A DNA stretch of 64,000 bases from Desulfobacterales bacterium (lineage in GTDB: Bacteria > Desulfobacterota > Desulfobacteria > Desulfobacterales > SG8-13): assembly GCA_051155755.1 (NCBI GenBank), contig DAXETY010000010.1, positions 9,530 through 73,529 of the forward strand, in the 5' to 3' direction. Of this stretch, positions 1 through 9,302 are shown piece after piece. Positions within the stretch are counted from its first letter, which is position 1. Each line of letters begins with the position of its first letter. The notes below the pieces were generated by a model. That model saw only the letters and a list, made by a program, of their open reading frames with translations. It made no database searches and was not told the origin of the DNA. A program made the position numbers and the translations under genes.

Positions 1-2
1 CC

Positions 3-596
3 TTGCTTCGCGATCAGGGGCGAAAACCGTATGTCATCCCCGAAGGTGCCTCCAATGCCCTGGGGGCCTGGGGTTACATCCGGACGATGGAGGAGATCGC
101 CGGCGACCTGGCGGAACTTCCCGGCGGGCTGCTGCGACCGACGACCATCATACATGCCGCCGGCTCTGGAGGCACCACGGCCGGGTTGATCCTCGGCAAG
201 GCGCTGCTCGGACTGGATATACGGGTGGTCGGGGTCAATGTCAGTGACGATCGGGACTACTTCATCGAACGCATCGGGGATATCTGTGAGGATTGGCTCC
301 ATCGATATGGACCGGAACTTTCTTTCTCCAGGCAGCGAGACATCGAGATTTTGGACGGCTATGTCGGCCGCGGATATGCACTGTCCCGCCCGGAAGAGCT
401 GGCCTGCATCGGCGCGTTGGCCCGCGCGGAAGCCATTTTCCTGGATCCGGTGTACACGGGCAAGGCCTTTTACGGCATGACCCGCGAGCTGGAGCGCAAC
501 CCGGATTGCTTCGGCGCGCGCGTCGTATTCCTCCACACCGGCGGCATTTTCGGGCTTTTTCCAAAGGCAGCCGAGTTGGCGACCGCTCTCCAGTAG
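3..596 (+). CDS. D-cysteine desulfhydrase / ACC deaminase family PLP enzyme (5' truncated by window edge)
   Basis: Motifs IPEGASNALGAWGY, AGSGGTTAG, LDPVYTGKA and VFLHTGG are typical of the DcyD/ACC deaminase family. Confidence 0.9.
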   Translation: MLRDQGRKPYVIPEGASNALGAWGYIRTMEEIAGDLAELPGGLLRPTTIIHAAGSGGTTAGLILGKALLGLDIRVVGVNVSDDRDYFIERIGDICEDWLHRYGPELSFSRQRDIEILDGYVGRGYALSRPEELACIGALARAEAIFLDPVYTGKAFYGMTRELERNPDCFGARVVFLHTGGIFGLFPKAAELATALQ

Positions 597-817
597 TGTA
601 CCGCATTTGGGCCCGGGCTTTGTTGCCGCAAAAACCGGAAACCGCGCCCTGCAAGACCGCACACCATCCTTACAGGCACTGCGTGTCGATTGGGCCCGCC
701 GGGGAATCCCACCGGCGGGTCTCGCATCGGTCTTCGGAGGTCAGCCGCCGTTCACGCCCTTGGCGATGCAGCATGGGCTGCAATCGCAGGTTCCGTTCAT
801 GCTGACGGCCATTTAAA

Positions 818-859
818 AATAAATATTATCGACTAATAATAATTATCTATTATAGTCAA
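818..859 (-). promoter_or_regulatory. Tandem Fur/PerR-type boxes overlapping a putative minus-strand -35 (TTGACT)
   Basis: AT-rich island. Minus strand reads TTGACTATAATAGATAATTATTATTAGTCGATAATATTTATT, containing GATAATTATTATT and GATAATATTTATT (Fur/PerR core GATAAT-N-ATTATC) inside a GACTA...TAGTC inverted repeat. Confidence 0.55.
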
Positions 860-866
860 AAAAAAT

Positions 867-1334
867 TTAGCCCGGCGCCTCCCGGCACTCGCGGCAAATA
901 CCGAAGAAATCCACCCGGTGGGTCAGGATTTGAAAACCGGTTTCTTCGGCGACCTCGTCGGTCAGATCTCTCAGGCTGTTCAGTTCCGGATCGATGATTT
1001 TGTGACACCGGGTGCAAATGACGTGCGGGTGCGGATCGGGGTTGTGCCCGTCATAGCGGTTGCTGCCGTCGGCAAAGCCAAGCTCCAACACCTCATTGAC
1101 CTGCTTGAGAAGGTGTACGGTCTTGTAAACCGTGGCAATGCTGGTCGTTGGAAACTCGGTGCGAACGTTTTCGTAAATGTGTTCCACCGTCGGGTGCCCG
1201 TCATCGGCGGCCAGTACTTTCAGTACGGCCAGCCGCTGGGGCGTAATCCGGAAATCGTGCGCTTTCAGCTTTAACAGCATCTGCTCCAGACGCTGCTTCA
1301 CGGTTGCCGTCGGGGCTCTGTGATCCATACGCAT
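867..1334 (-). CDS. perR: Fur-family transcriptional regulator, PerR-like
   Basis: RITPQRLAVL, HPTVEHIY, SIATVYKT, HPHVICTRC and C-terminal CREC (two CxxC Zn sites). PerR versus Fur assignment is inferred. Confidence 0.85.
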   Translation of the reverse strand: MRMDHRAPTATVKQRLEQMLLKLKAHDFRITPQRLAVLKVLAADDGHPTVEHIYENVRTEFPTTSIATVYKTVHLLKQVNEVLELGFADGSNRYDGHNPDPHPHVICTRCHKIIDPELNSLRDLTDEVAEETGFQILTHRVDFFGICRECREAPG

Positions 1335-1345
1335 TAAAGAAACCT

Positions 1346-1370
1346 GTTATTTTAAAATAACGATTATCAA
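1346..1370. promoter_or_regulatory. Putative autoregulatory Fur/PerR operator
   Basis: Perfect 16-bp palindrome GTTATTTTAAAATAAC (1346-1361) overlapping AAAATAACGATTATCAA (minus strand TTGATAATCGTTATTTT), just upstream of the regulator start. Confidence 0.55.
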
Positions 1371-1431
1371 AAAATTACTACGGCATCTGTGGCATGTCAA
1401 ATGAAATCCGGCGGCGCGACACCGGCCCGCA

Positions 1432-1752
1432 AGTTCCCTGGTCGTCGATCACCTCACTTCCGGCGGCAAGCTCGATTCTCCGGTGCCGCAACGTATTTTC
1501 TGGGGCGTTATCGAGGGGGTATGCACTGCCGCACTGCTGATGGGCGGCGGATTGGTTGCCCTGCAGAGTGCTTCCATTGCCACCGGTCTGCCGTTTACCG
1601 TTGTTTTGCGGATCATGTGCTACAGTTTGTATCTCGGTCTGCAGGAGGAGCATTATCACGCCACGATGATCGGTAAGATGGAACCGGAGACCCATCGAAT
1701 CGAGATCCCTTTGGACAAAGAAAAGCAAACCGGACAGAAGAAGCGCTCTTGA
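1432..1752 (+). pseudogene. C-terminal fragment of a BCCT (betaine/carnitine/choline) transporter
   Basis: SSLVVDHLTSGGKLDSPVPQRIFWG...GGLVALQSASIATGLPF matches the last TM helices of BCCT proteins. In-frame TGA at 1402-1404 leaves no room for the N-terminal ~400 aa. Confidence 0.8.
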
Positions 1753-1790
1753 GCCGAACGGTAAGACAACAACTTGAAAAATGCTGCTGA

Positions 1791-2774
1791 TTATGGGTCC
1801 GGACTGATGAGAAGATGACCATTTCGGCTGAGTCTGGAGCGATCGATGACATCGAATATCCCGAGACCGAAGCCCGAACCTCCGATAAAAACCCGACTGG
1901 CAAGGCCGTACACGCTGTGCGTTTTCCCGGGGGTATCGTAGGAAGAGACGATGCGCAAGGATCCGGGACTGCGGATATCGATGAGTTGAAGACCGCGGGA
2001 GCCGTCCGCGACAATGAGAAGATCGTACAGGGAGTAAACGCCCTGCGCCCTTCCGGGTGTTTTCACAGATCCGATGATTTGAGGCCGTCCCGGATCCCGG
2101 ATCGCTACGGCAAAGATACCATCCGCAAAGTCCGCCACATAGGCATGATTGGATGTCACGTGCACTGCACGTGCATCGTGAAATGTGCGGATCGAAGCAA
2201 CGGTTTGCGGCTCGGCGGGTCTGCGGATGTTGATGACCTGAAGTCCGCCATTGCCATCCGCCACGTAGGCATGGTTGGCGGCAACGACGACACGATATGC
2301 TTCGCCCGGCGTGTCGATGGATGCCACGATCCTTGGACGCTCCTTGTTGCGAATATGGACGATTTGAAGTCCTGACTGTGCGTCCGCCACACAAGCATAG
2401 TTGCTGAAGACATAAACGCCCCGTGCGTACCCGGGCGTATCGACGCTCCCAACGATGAACGGCTCGGCGGGATTGCGAATCCCGATGATTTGAAGACCGG
2501 CCGAACCGGCCGCGACATAGGCAAAGTTGCCGGCAGCGCAGACGCCGTTTGCTTCACCGGGCATATCGACGATTGCCACCTGCCTTGGATCCGCCGACCT
2601 GCGGATGTGAACCACGGACAGTCCGTTGGCCCCGCCTGCAAGATAGGCATGCTGACCGTGAACATATACATCCAATCCCGACAGACGGCTCGCCCGCGCG
2701 CCGGCTGCATCCAAAATCAGTGCCGGCAAGAGCACCGCACCTGCCAATAACCAAGCATATTTCCGCATCGTCAT
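1791..2774 (-). CDS. Secreted LVIVD-repeat beta-propeller protein
   Basis: Signal peptide, then about seven ~42-aa repeats (AYVAD..GLQII.I..P..P..VGS.DTPG.A..V). Confidence 0.9.
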   Translation of the reverse strand: MTMRKYAWLLAGAVLLPALILDAAGARASRLSGLDVYVHGQHAYLAGGANGLSVVHIRRSADPRQVAIVDMPGEANGVCAAGNFAYVAAGSAGLQIIGIRNPAEPFIVGSVDTPGYARGVYVFSNYACVADAQSGLQIVHIRNKERPRIVASIDTPGEAYRVVVAANHAYVADGNGGLQVINIRRPAEPQTVASIRTFHDARAVHVTSNHAYVADFADGIFAVAIRDPGRPQIIGSVKTPGRAQGVYSLYDLLIVADGSRGLQLIDIRSPGSLRIVSSYDTPGKTHSVYGLASRVFIGGSGFGLGIFDVIDRSRLSRNGHLLISPDP

Positions 2775-2883
2775 TCCCCGAATTGAAATGCCAAGCAGTA
2801 TGTTTTCGCTGCAGTCTTTTTACCACAGTTCCGGAGGTTGATCATGTTAAATTTTCGATCGTCTTGATCTTTAGGATTCGGCC

Positions 2884-2927
2884 AAAAAAAACGAGGGGCA
2901 TTGGAATGGCTCCAAGCCCCTGTTTTT
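2884..2927 (-). terminator. Rho-independent terminator after tRNA-Glu
   Basis: Minus strand AGGGGCTTGGA...TCCAATGCCCCT followed by a T run; T/A runs on both sides. Confidence 0.75.
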
Positions 2928-2933
2928 ATTGAG

Positions 2934-3008
2934 TGGTGATCCCACCGGGATTCGAACCCGGGTTACCGGCGTGAGAGGCCGGCGTCCTAACCACTAGACG
3001 ATGGGACC
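2934..3008 (-). tRNA. tRNA-Glu (anticodon CTC)
   Basis: Minus strand GGTCCCATCGTCTAGTGGTTAGGACGCCGGCCTCTCACGCCGGTAACCCGGGTTCGAATCCCGGTGGGATCACCA: cloverleaf, TTCGAAT T-loop, encoded CCA. Confidence 0.97.
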
Positions 3009-3131
3009 ACGATGTTTTTTAAAGGCTTATGAATAATAAAAGTCGGCGTCCCTGTCAATATCCATTCCGTCAACCCATCCACTGCAAGCGGTTGGTTGCC
3101 GCAATCGTGGGTCGCGGCCTGCGAGCTGCTT

Positions 3132-3347
3132 TCACTCCTCTTTTTCCGTTTTTTTGCGGCCCTGGCGGATGCCGATCAGGAAATAGGGAACAAAGCCGAC
3201 AAACGGGATCGAGGCCACCACCCACCAGACCACTTTTTTCGCCGGTGAATCAAAACTGCGCTGGGCGACGTCCACAACGGCCCAGACGGTCAGCAGGAAA
3301 AAAGGAATGCAAAGCGCCAGAAAAACGGCGATCTGAATCAGAGTCAT
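3132..3347 (-). CDS. Small membrane protein, PLDc_N (cardiolipin synthase N-terminal-like) domain
   Basis: Two TM helices with D...R.F....K..W.....PF.G...Y...G pattern. Confidence 0.75.
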   Translation of the reverse strand: MTLIQIAVFLALCIPFFLLTVWAVVDVAQRSFDSPAKKVVWWVVASIPFVGFVPYFLIGIRQGRKKTEKEE

Positions 3348-3353
3348 GCGGCC

Positions 3354-4244
3354 TTAACCCCTCAGAAGATCGAAGATCGACAGAATCGCTTCCACGTAAG
3401 GCTCACTGTGATTGTAATGATAAATCACTTTTTGGGCTTTTTGTCGAGGAATTCCGGGTTTCCAGCCATGAATCTTGAGATAATAGGCGATGCTGGCGAT
3501 GGCGTCGGCGTCGTCAAAAAGGTCGATCCGGCCGTCGTTGTTGCCGTCCCGGGCCAGTGAATCGATGTTGCTGGGCATAAACTGGGCAATGCCCATGGCG
3601 CCGGCAAAAGACCCTTTCACCGCAGCCGGGTCGAACCCTTCGGTTTCGGCGTGCCGCAGGAAGGCGGTCAGCTCACGGAAAGCCCAGGCCGACTTTCGAT
3701 CGGCCCATTTGTCGAAGGCGCTGTGGGTCAGGTCCGCTGATTGTGAAATCTCTTCCCACAGCTGTTGGCGAACCTGCAAGTCCGCAAGGGCCGCCAGGGT
3801 GGAAAGCGTGTTCAATACCGACCGCGTCCCCACCAGTCTGCCGAGCTGGGTTTCCACCAGAATAATGGCGGTAATGACCTCGCGGTCAACCCCGTAGGTT
3901 TCCTCGGCTGCCTCGAAAGCTGCCTGGTGAAGAGCCAGGTAGGTTCTCGCGCGCCGGATCAGCCGCTCGTCGGTGTATTGATTGTAATTTACATTGGATT
4001 CGCGGTGCACGAAATACACCGAAAGCCCTTCGGTTTCGAACCGTACTTCAGGTCTGGCGTACAGTGCCTGTAGTGCGTCGGCCTCGAAGCCCTCGGCTGT
4101 CAGCTGCCGCTGCAGAGAAGCAAACGAGTCGGCTCCGGTTGGTGAAGCAGCGGCGACAGCGGCCGGCGCCATCAAAATACAGATTCCCAACAGTCCAATA
4201 AACCGTTTGAATAACAAAGATTTCGTTGCGATTGATAATTGCAT
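3354..4244 (-). CDS. mltB: Lytic murein transglycosylase B family
   Basis: YGVDREVITAIILVET (catalytic Glu), GSFAGAMGIAQFMPS, EF-hand-like DGNNDGRIDL, YNHS. Start uncertain (ORF extends to 4325). Confidence 0.9.
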   Translation of the reverse strand: MQLSIATKSLLFKRFIGLLGICILMAPAAVAAASPTGADSFASLQRQLTAEGFEADALQALYARPEVRFETEGLSVYFVHRESNVNYNQYTDERLIRRARTYLALHQAAFEAAEETYGVDREVITAIILVETQLGRLVGTRSVLNTLSTLAALADLQVRQQLWEEISQSADLTHSAFDKWADRKSAWAFRELTAFLRHAETEGFDPAAVKGSFAGAMGIAQFMPSNIDSLARDGNNDGRIDLFDDADAIASIAYYLKIHGWKPGIPRQKAQKVIYHYNHSEPYVEAILSIFDLLRG

Positions 4245-4387
4245 GCCCTGATCCTTTGCTGCAGTTTCTCGATGGGATTGAATCGAGCCCGAATGATGTG
4301 GTAATTGATCGCGGTTAGCTTTCACCGATCGGATTCCGAACGGATTCGGAAATTGGATTATAACACAAAGGGAGCCATGTCGGAATT

Positions 4388-5752
4388 GTGAAAAAAGGCA
4401 ATCGATCCGTCTTTACCTGCCAGAGCTGTGGTTATCACGCCGCCAAGTGGATGGGACGATGCCCGGACTGCGGCGCGTGGGATTCCATGGTGGAAGAGGT
4501 GCAACGGGCCCTGGGGCCCCGCTCGAAATCGCGTTCCTCAGCAGCCGCATCCATCGAGCCCATTCCCATCGACGCTGTGGACCTGGAAGATGAGGAACGC
4601 ATCCGCACCGGAGTCGAAGAGTTCGATCGGGTGCTCGGCGGCGGCATCGTCGCCGGCACGCTGGTGCTGATCGGCGGCGATCCGGGTATCGGCAAGTCCA
4701 CGCTGATGCTGCAGGTACTCCACGGATTGGCAACCGCGGGCCGCAAGGTGCTCTACGTGTCCGGTGAGGAGTCCGTTCGCCAACTCAGGCTGCGGAGCCG
4801 GAGATTGAAGGCGGTTTCTCCCGAACTGCTGGTGGCGGCCGAAGTCGATGTGGATGCCGTGCTGGAAATGGTGGGACGGCATCGACCGGAAGTGCTGGTC
4901 GTCGATTCGATTCAGACCATGTTCAACCGGGAGCTGTCGTCGGCTCCCGGCAGCGTTTCCCAGGTCCGGGAAGCCACGGTGCGCTTGATGATGCTGGCCA
5001 AGCGCAGCGCCGTATCCACATTTCTGGTGGGGCATGTGACCAAGGAGGGCGCCATAGCCGGGCCCAAACTGCTCGAGCACATGGTCGATACCGTGTTGTA
5101 TTTCGAAGGCGAACGCAGCCACATGTTTCGGGTGCTGCGGGCGGTGAAAAACCGTTTTGGTTCCACCAATGAAATCGGTGTCTTCGAAATGAAAACCGAC
5201 GGCCTGGCCGAAGTTGCCAATCCATCGGCGGCGTTTCTTTCCGAGCGTCCGGCCAACGCACCGGGTTCGGTGGTCACGGCCAGTATCGAGGGCACCCGCC
5301 CCATTTTAGTGGAACTGCAGGCTTTGGCCAGCAGCAGCGGCTACGGGACGCCGCGGCGCACCATTCTCGGCCTGGAGCCCAACCGGGTGGCTTTGCTGGT
5401 GGCCGTCATGGAAAAGAAGCTTGGAATGCACCTGATGGGTCATGATATTTTCATGAACGTGGCCGGGGGTGTGAAAATCTCCGAACCCGCGGTGGACCTG
5501 GCCGTGGTGGCCGCCATCGCCTCCAGTTTTCTGGACCGACCGGTCGACGAAGCCACCCTGGTGCTCGGAGAGGTCGGGCTTGCCGGGGAAGTCCGCGGTA
5601 TCGGCAACATGGAAACCCGCATGGCCGAAGCAGCCAAGATGGGCTTTCAGCGATGCATCCTGCCGTCCAGAAACCGCAAACAGCAAACCGCAGGCGGGAT
5701 TCAGGTGGTGGGGGTGGGAAACGTTTCCGAAGCCGTCGAAGCCCTGTTCTGA
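4388..5752 (+). CDS. radA: DNA repair protein RadA/Sms
   Basis: C4 zinc finger, Walker A GGDPGIGKST, KNRFG motif, Lon-like C-terminus. Confidence 0.97.
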   Translation: MKKGNRSVFTCQSCGYHAAKWMGRCPDCGAWDSMVEEVQRALGPRSKSRSSAAASIEPIPIDAVDLEDEERIRTGVEEFDRVLGGGIVAGTLVLIGGDPGIGKSTLMLQVLHGLATAGRKVLYVSGEESVRQLRLRSRRLKAVSPELLVAAEVDVDAVLEMVGRHRPEVLVVDSIQTMFNRELSSAPGSVSQVREATVRLMMLAKRSAVSTFLVGHVTKEGAIAGPKLLEHMVDTVLYFEGERSHMFRVLRAVKNRFGSTNEIGVFEMKTDGLAEVANPSAAFLSERPANAPGSVVTASIEGTRPILVELQALASSSGYGTPRRTILGLEPNRVALLVAVMEKKLGMHLMGHDIFMNVAGGVKISEPAVDLAVVAAIASSFLDRPVDEATLVLGEVGLAGEVRGIGNMETRMAEAAKMGFQRCILPSRNRKQQTAGGIQVVGVGNVSEAVEALF

Positions 5753-5932
5753 TCGGCCGGGTTCATGCCTCCGGCTTGATTGTTGCCGCAAATGGTATTA
5801 TAAACGTTCGCTCGAACGTGACCGGACTGCGAACACGGCGAAGTCCGGTTGACAAAATGAGGCCTTCGGCCCGGGGCGCCCTGTGGCGTCTGCGAGATCA
5901 TTGCCGCCTCACCGCCGGCAATCCACAGTGCG

Positions 5933-6538
5933 ATGAAACGCAAGGGAGCGAAGTCCAACCGCTGGAGCGATCATTATACCCGGCGTGCCCGGCAGGAAAA
6001 ATTTCCGGCGCGCTCCGTATACAAGCTCCAGGAAATTCAGCAGAAATTCCGGATTATCCACCGGGGGGACCGCGTTCTCGATTTGGGATGCGCACCCGGC
6101 TCCTGGCTGGCCTACGCCGCGCGCTGCACCGGTTCCGGCGGTCGGGTGATCGGCATCGATCCCAGGCCGGTGAAGGCAAACCTGCCGGACATGGTAACGG
6201 TGGTGCAGGCCGACGCACTGGGAACCGGATCCACGGCGATGAAACCGGTAATGGAGCGCACCTTCGACGTGGTGCTCAGCGACATGGCACCGGCCACCAC
6301 CGGGCAGAAAGATACCGATGCGGCGCGCTCCTTTCGGCTTTGTGAGGCGGCCCTGGAAATCGCCGAACAGGTCCTGGTGCCGGGAGGCCGGCTGCTGGTC
6401 AAAATTTTCCAGGGACCGGATTTTGAAACCTATCGGGCAGCGATGGTCACGGCCTTTCAACAGTGCCGCATTTACAAACCCCGAAGCAGCCGCAAGGCGA
6501 GCAAAGAGATCTACGTCATCGGAATCGGGAAACGGTAG
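5933..6538 (+). CDS. rlmE: 23S rRNA Um2552 methyltransferase RlmE/FtsJ
   Basis: ARSVYKL, VLDLGCAPGSW, VLSDMAP, KP.SSR..S.E. Confidence 0.95.
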   Translation: MKRKGAKSNRWSDHYTRRARQEKFPARSVYKLQEIQQKFRIIHRGDRVLDLGCAPGSWLAYAARCTGSGGRVIGIDPRPVKANLPDMVTVVQADALGTGSTAMKPVMERTFDVVLSDMAPATTGQKDTDAARSFRLCEAALEIAEQVLVPGGRLLVKIFQGPDFETYRAAMVTAFQQCRIYKPRSSRKASKEIYVIGIGKR

Positions 6539-6547
6539 GAGGATTCT

Positions 6548-7291
6548 ATGTCAGGTCATAGCAAATGGTCGAGCATCAAACATAAAAAGGCTGCCGTGGA
6601 CGCCAAGCGCGGCAAGATCTTCACCAAGCTGATCAAGGAGATCACCGTGTCGGCCCGAATGGGCGGCGGTGACCCGGATGCAAACCCCCGCCTGCGAACG
6701 GCCATTCTCGCTGCCAAGAGCGAAAACATGCCCAAGGAAAACATCGAGCGGGCCATCAAAAAAGGGACCGGGGAACTCGAGGGCGTCAACTACGAGGAAA
6801 GCATCTATGAAGGCTACGGGCCGGGCGGGGCAGCGGTCCTGGTGGAGTCCTTGACCGACAACAAAAACCGTGCGGTCGCCGAGATTCGCCATATTTTTAC
6901 CAAAAACGGCGGCAGCCTGGGTGAAAGCGGCTGTGTCGCCTGGATGTTCAAAAAGAAAGGCTACATCGTGGTCGAACGGTCGGCCGTGGAAGAAGACCAC
7001 CTGATGGAAACCGCCCTGGAGGCCGGCGCCGAAGACATCCGGGAAGATGCCGACAGCTACGAGATCATCAGCGCAACGGAAGATTTCGAAGCCGTCAAGG
7101 CGGCGATCGAAGCTGCTGATATTCCACACGTGACCGCCGAAATCACCATGCTGCCGCAGTCCACCACCGAACTGGCCGGCAAGGAGGCCGAACAGATGGT
7201 GCGCCTGATGGAAATGCTGGAAGACTGCGAAGACGTGCAGAACGTCTACACCAATGCCGATATTCCCGAAGAGATTTTTGAAAGCGCCTGA
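6548..7291 (+). CDS. yebC: YebC/PmpR family protein
   Basis: [34 protein letters not shown]. Confidence 0.96.
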   Translation: MSGHSKWSSIKHKKAAVDAKRGKIFTKLIKEITVSARMGGGDPDANPRLRTAILAAKSENMPKENIERAIKKGTGELEGVNYEESIYEGYGPGGAAVLVESLTDNKNRAVAEIRHIFTKNGGSLGESGCVAWMFKKKGYIVVERSAVEEDHLMETALEAGAEDIREDADSYEIISATEDFEAVKAAIEAADIPHVTAEITMLPQSTTELAGKEAEQMVRLMEMLEDCEDVQNVYTNADIPEEIFESA

Positions 7292-7354
7292 TGAGGGCCT
7301 GCATCTTCGAAATGCGTACCGCTAAGCCCGGTTCCCGCGCTGACCCGGAAAGAT

Positions 7355-8254
7355 TCAGGCCAGATCGACCATCCGCTTGACGGCTTCGAAGGCCGGACGG
7401 CGGATTTCTTCCGGCACAGCCACCCGCCCTTCCATGCCCTCCAGGCTGCGCAGGACATCTTCCAGCCGGATTTTTTTCATGTCCTCGCAGCGCATCTTCT
7501 CGGAAACCGGAAAGAAGCGTTTGTCGGGGTTGTTTCGGCGCAAAGGATGCAGCAGCCCGACTTCGGTGCCCACCAGAAACGTTTCCCGCTCCGAGTCCGC
7601 GACATGCCGCAGCATACCGGATGTGCTGGTGATCACATCGGCCAGTTCCAGGACCTCCGGGGGGCATTCCGGATGGGCCATGAACAGGGCCTGCGGGTGA
7701 GCCGCCCGCGCCATGTGGACATCTTCGACCGTCAACCGGTCGTGGATCGGGCAGCACCCTTCCCATATGTGCACGGTTTTGGCGGTGCGTGCCGCCGTGT
7801 AGCGGGCCAGGTTTCGATCCGGGGTCATCAGGACCTGGTCTGCCTCCAGGCTGTTGACGACCTTCACCGCGTTGGCAGAGGTGCAGCAAATCGTGGACAT
7901 CGCTTTGACCGCCGCAGTGGAATTGACGTAGGTGACCACCGGCATGGGCGGCAGGGAGTCGATTTTGGCCGCCAGCGACTTCGGATCGATGGTCTCGGCC
8001 ATGGGGCAGCCGGCATCCAGACGCGGCAGCAAAACGGTTTTTTGCGGTGAGAGGATGGCGGCGGTTTCCGCCATGAAATGCACGCCGCAGAACACAATGA
8101 CATCCGCATCGGTGCGGGATGCCCGTATGCTCAATTCCAGGGAATCCCCGCACAGGTCGGCCAGGTCCTGGATTTCCGGCGGCTGGTAATTGTGGGCCAG
8201 TATGACGGCCTTGCGCTCCCGCGCCAGGTTCCGGATTCGCTGCTGAATGTCCAT
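7355..8254 (-). CDS. nadA: Quinolinate synthase
   Basis: ILAHNYQ, CGVHFMAE, AGCPMA, YVNS, AHPEC; Fe-S cysteines present. Confidence 0.96.
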   Translation of the reverse strand: MDIQQRIRNLARERKAVILAHNYQPPEIQDLADLCGDSLELSIRASRTDADVIVFCGVHFMAETAAILSPQKTVLLPRLDAGCPMAETIDPKSLAAKIDSLPPMPVVTYVNSTAAVKAMSTICCTSANAVKVVNSLEADQVLMTPDRNLARYTAARTAKTVHIWEGCCPIHDRLTVEDVHMARAAHPQALFMAHPECPPEVLELADVITSTSGMLRHVADSERETFLVGTEVGLLHPLRRNNPDKRFFPVSEKMRCEDMKKIRLEDVLRSLEGMEGRVAVPEEIRRPAFEAVKRMVDLA

Positions 8255-8324
8255 CGGGTTCCTCTCCTCCGGTCACGTTTTGCATACAACCCGCGGCAAC
8301 ACCATCACCTTTCCGCAAATGGAC

Positions 8325-8392
8325 ACGAACTGAGTCACCGTTGTGCTTCGATGTTGAACTTGCAGTCGCACCGGGTTTGGGCAAGAATCTCC
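8325..8392 (+). repeat. Dispersed IS200/IS605-end-like repeat, copy A (3' half)
   Basis: 8341-8388 is 40/48 identical to 14926-14973 and 38/48 to 40097-40144 (ungapped, counted by eye). Confidence 0.75.
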
Positions 8393-8413
8393 GCACACCG
8401 GGCCAAAGCCGAT

Positions 8414-9106
8414 TCAGCCCTGCTCGTCCATGGTCACCACATCGGTGCCTTCCGGTATGGTGAATGTAAACAGGTCCGGCTCGGGAACCAGGCCGAATTG
8501 CGAGTTGAACAAATCGATGCGGGTTTCGTCTCCATAGGGGTTGTAGGTGATCACCCGTTGGACGGCGTAGTCGGATTCGCGGACGTAAAGATCGATTGCG
8601 GCCACCTCGATGGTTTGCTCCAGGGGGCTGAGTTTCAAAACGTAAAAGCCGGGTTCCTCTTTATCGGCAAAGGCGATGTCGAACTTGCGTCGTAGCACCC
8701 GGATATCGGCCAGAAATCCGGCGCCCTTGCCGTCGCCGAAAAACGCCGGCGAGCGGCCGATAATCACCTGGTTGTCTTCCGGGCGGTAGATCCACAGGCG
8801 AGCGCCGTTGGTGATAATCACCTGTGGTTCGGGCTGTTCGTATTCCCAGCGCATCATCTGGGGTTTGCGGACGAACATCCGTCCCCGGGCCTCGTCGGAA
8901 ATCTGCATGGCCTTTATGGTCGAGATCTGGTAAAAATCGGCGGAAAAACCGGGCACGTCGTAGCGGGCCTCGACCCCGGCGATCACCGTCTGCAGATCTG
9001 GTTCCGGCGGGTTGGATTGCGATTGGGCCATCACGGCCGCCGTCGACAACCATCCGCCCATCACAATCCAGAACACCCAGTTGCGAATCAACCCCGTTAC
9101 ACACAT
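8414..9106 (-). CDS. lolA: Outer-membrane lipoprotein carrier LolA
   Basis: FSADFYQ, G.M.VRKP..MRWEY..P..Q.II.NG..LW.Y.P, F.F.IPEGTDV. Start placed at the signal-peptide Met. Confidence 0.9.
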   Translation of the reverse strand: MCVTGLIRNWVFWIVMGGWLSTAAVMAQSQSNPPEPDLQTVIAGVEARYDVPGFSADFYQISTIKAMQISDEARGRMFVRKPQMMRWEYEQPEPQVIITNGARLWIYRPEDNQVIIGRSPAFFGDGKGAGFLADIRVLRRKFDIAFADKEEPGFYVLKLSPLEQTIEVAAIDLYVRESDYAVQRVITYNPYGDETRIDLFNSQFGLVPEPDLFTFTIPEGTDVVTMDEQG

Positions 9107-9302
9107 AAAAATCTCTCCAGGAAACGGCACCCGAAATGCCGCGACGACCGGCGCCAATATCGCACCGGCCGCGGTGGTTGCGCGGCGGAAAACGCCGCAA
9201 ACGATGCGGCGCCGGTATCCGCCGGTTTCAATGGTCCTGAAAGTTCCCGCGGATCCATACGCGATCTCCGCCGTTTTGTAAACCATCGTGGCGCAATCGG
9301 CC

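Noticed and set aside
597..812. Selenoprotein via TGA (741-743) read-through with a downstream hairpin as SECIS
   Set aside because: The read-through product has no recognisable motif, has no RBS and would run antisense into the desulfhydrase gene
2934..3008. Integrative element at tRNA-Glu
   Set aside because: No integrase and no duplicated tRNA 3' end in the window
4334..4351. LexA box upstream of radA (TTCCGAA-CGGA-TTCGGAA)
   Set aside because: A real palindrome, but its spacing does not match the LexA boxes I know and it occurs once
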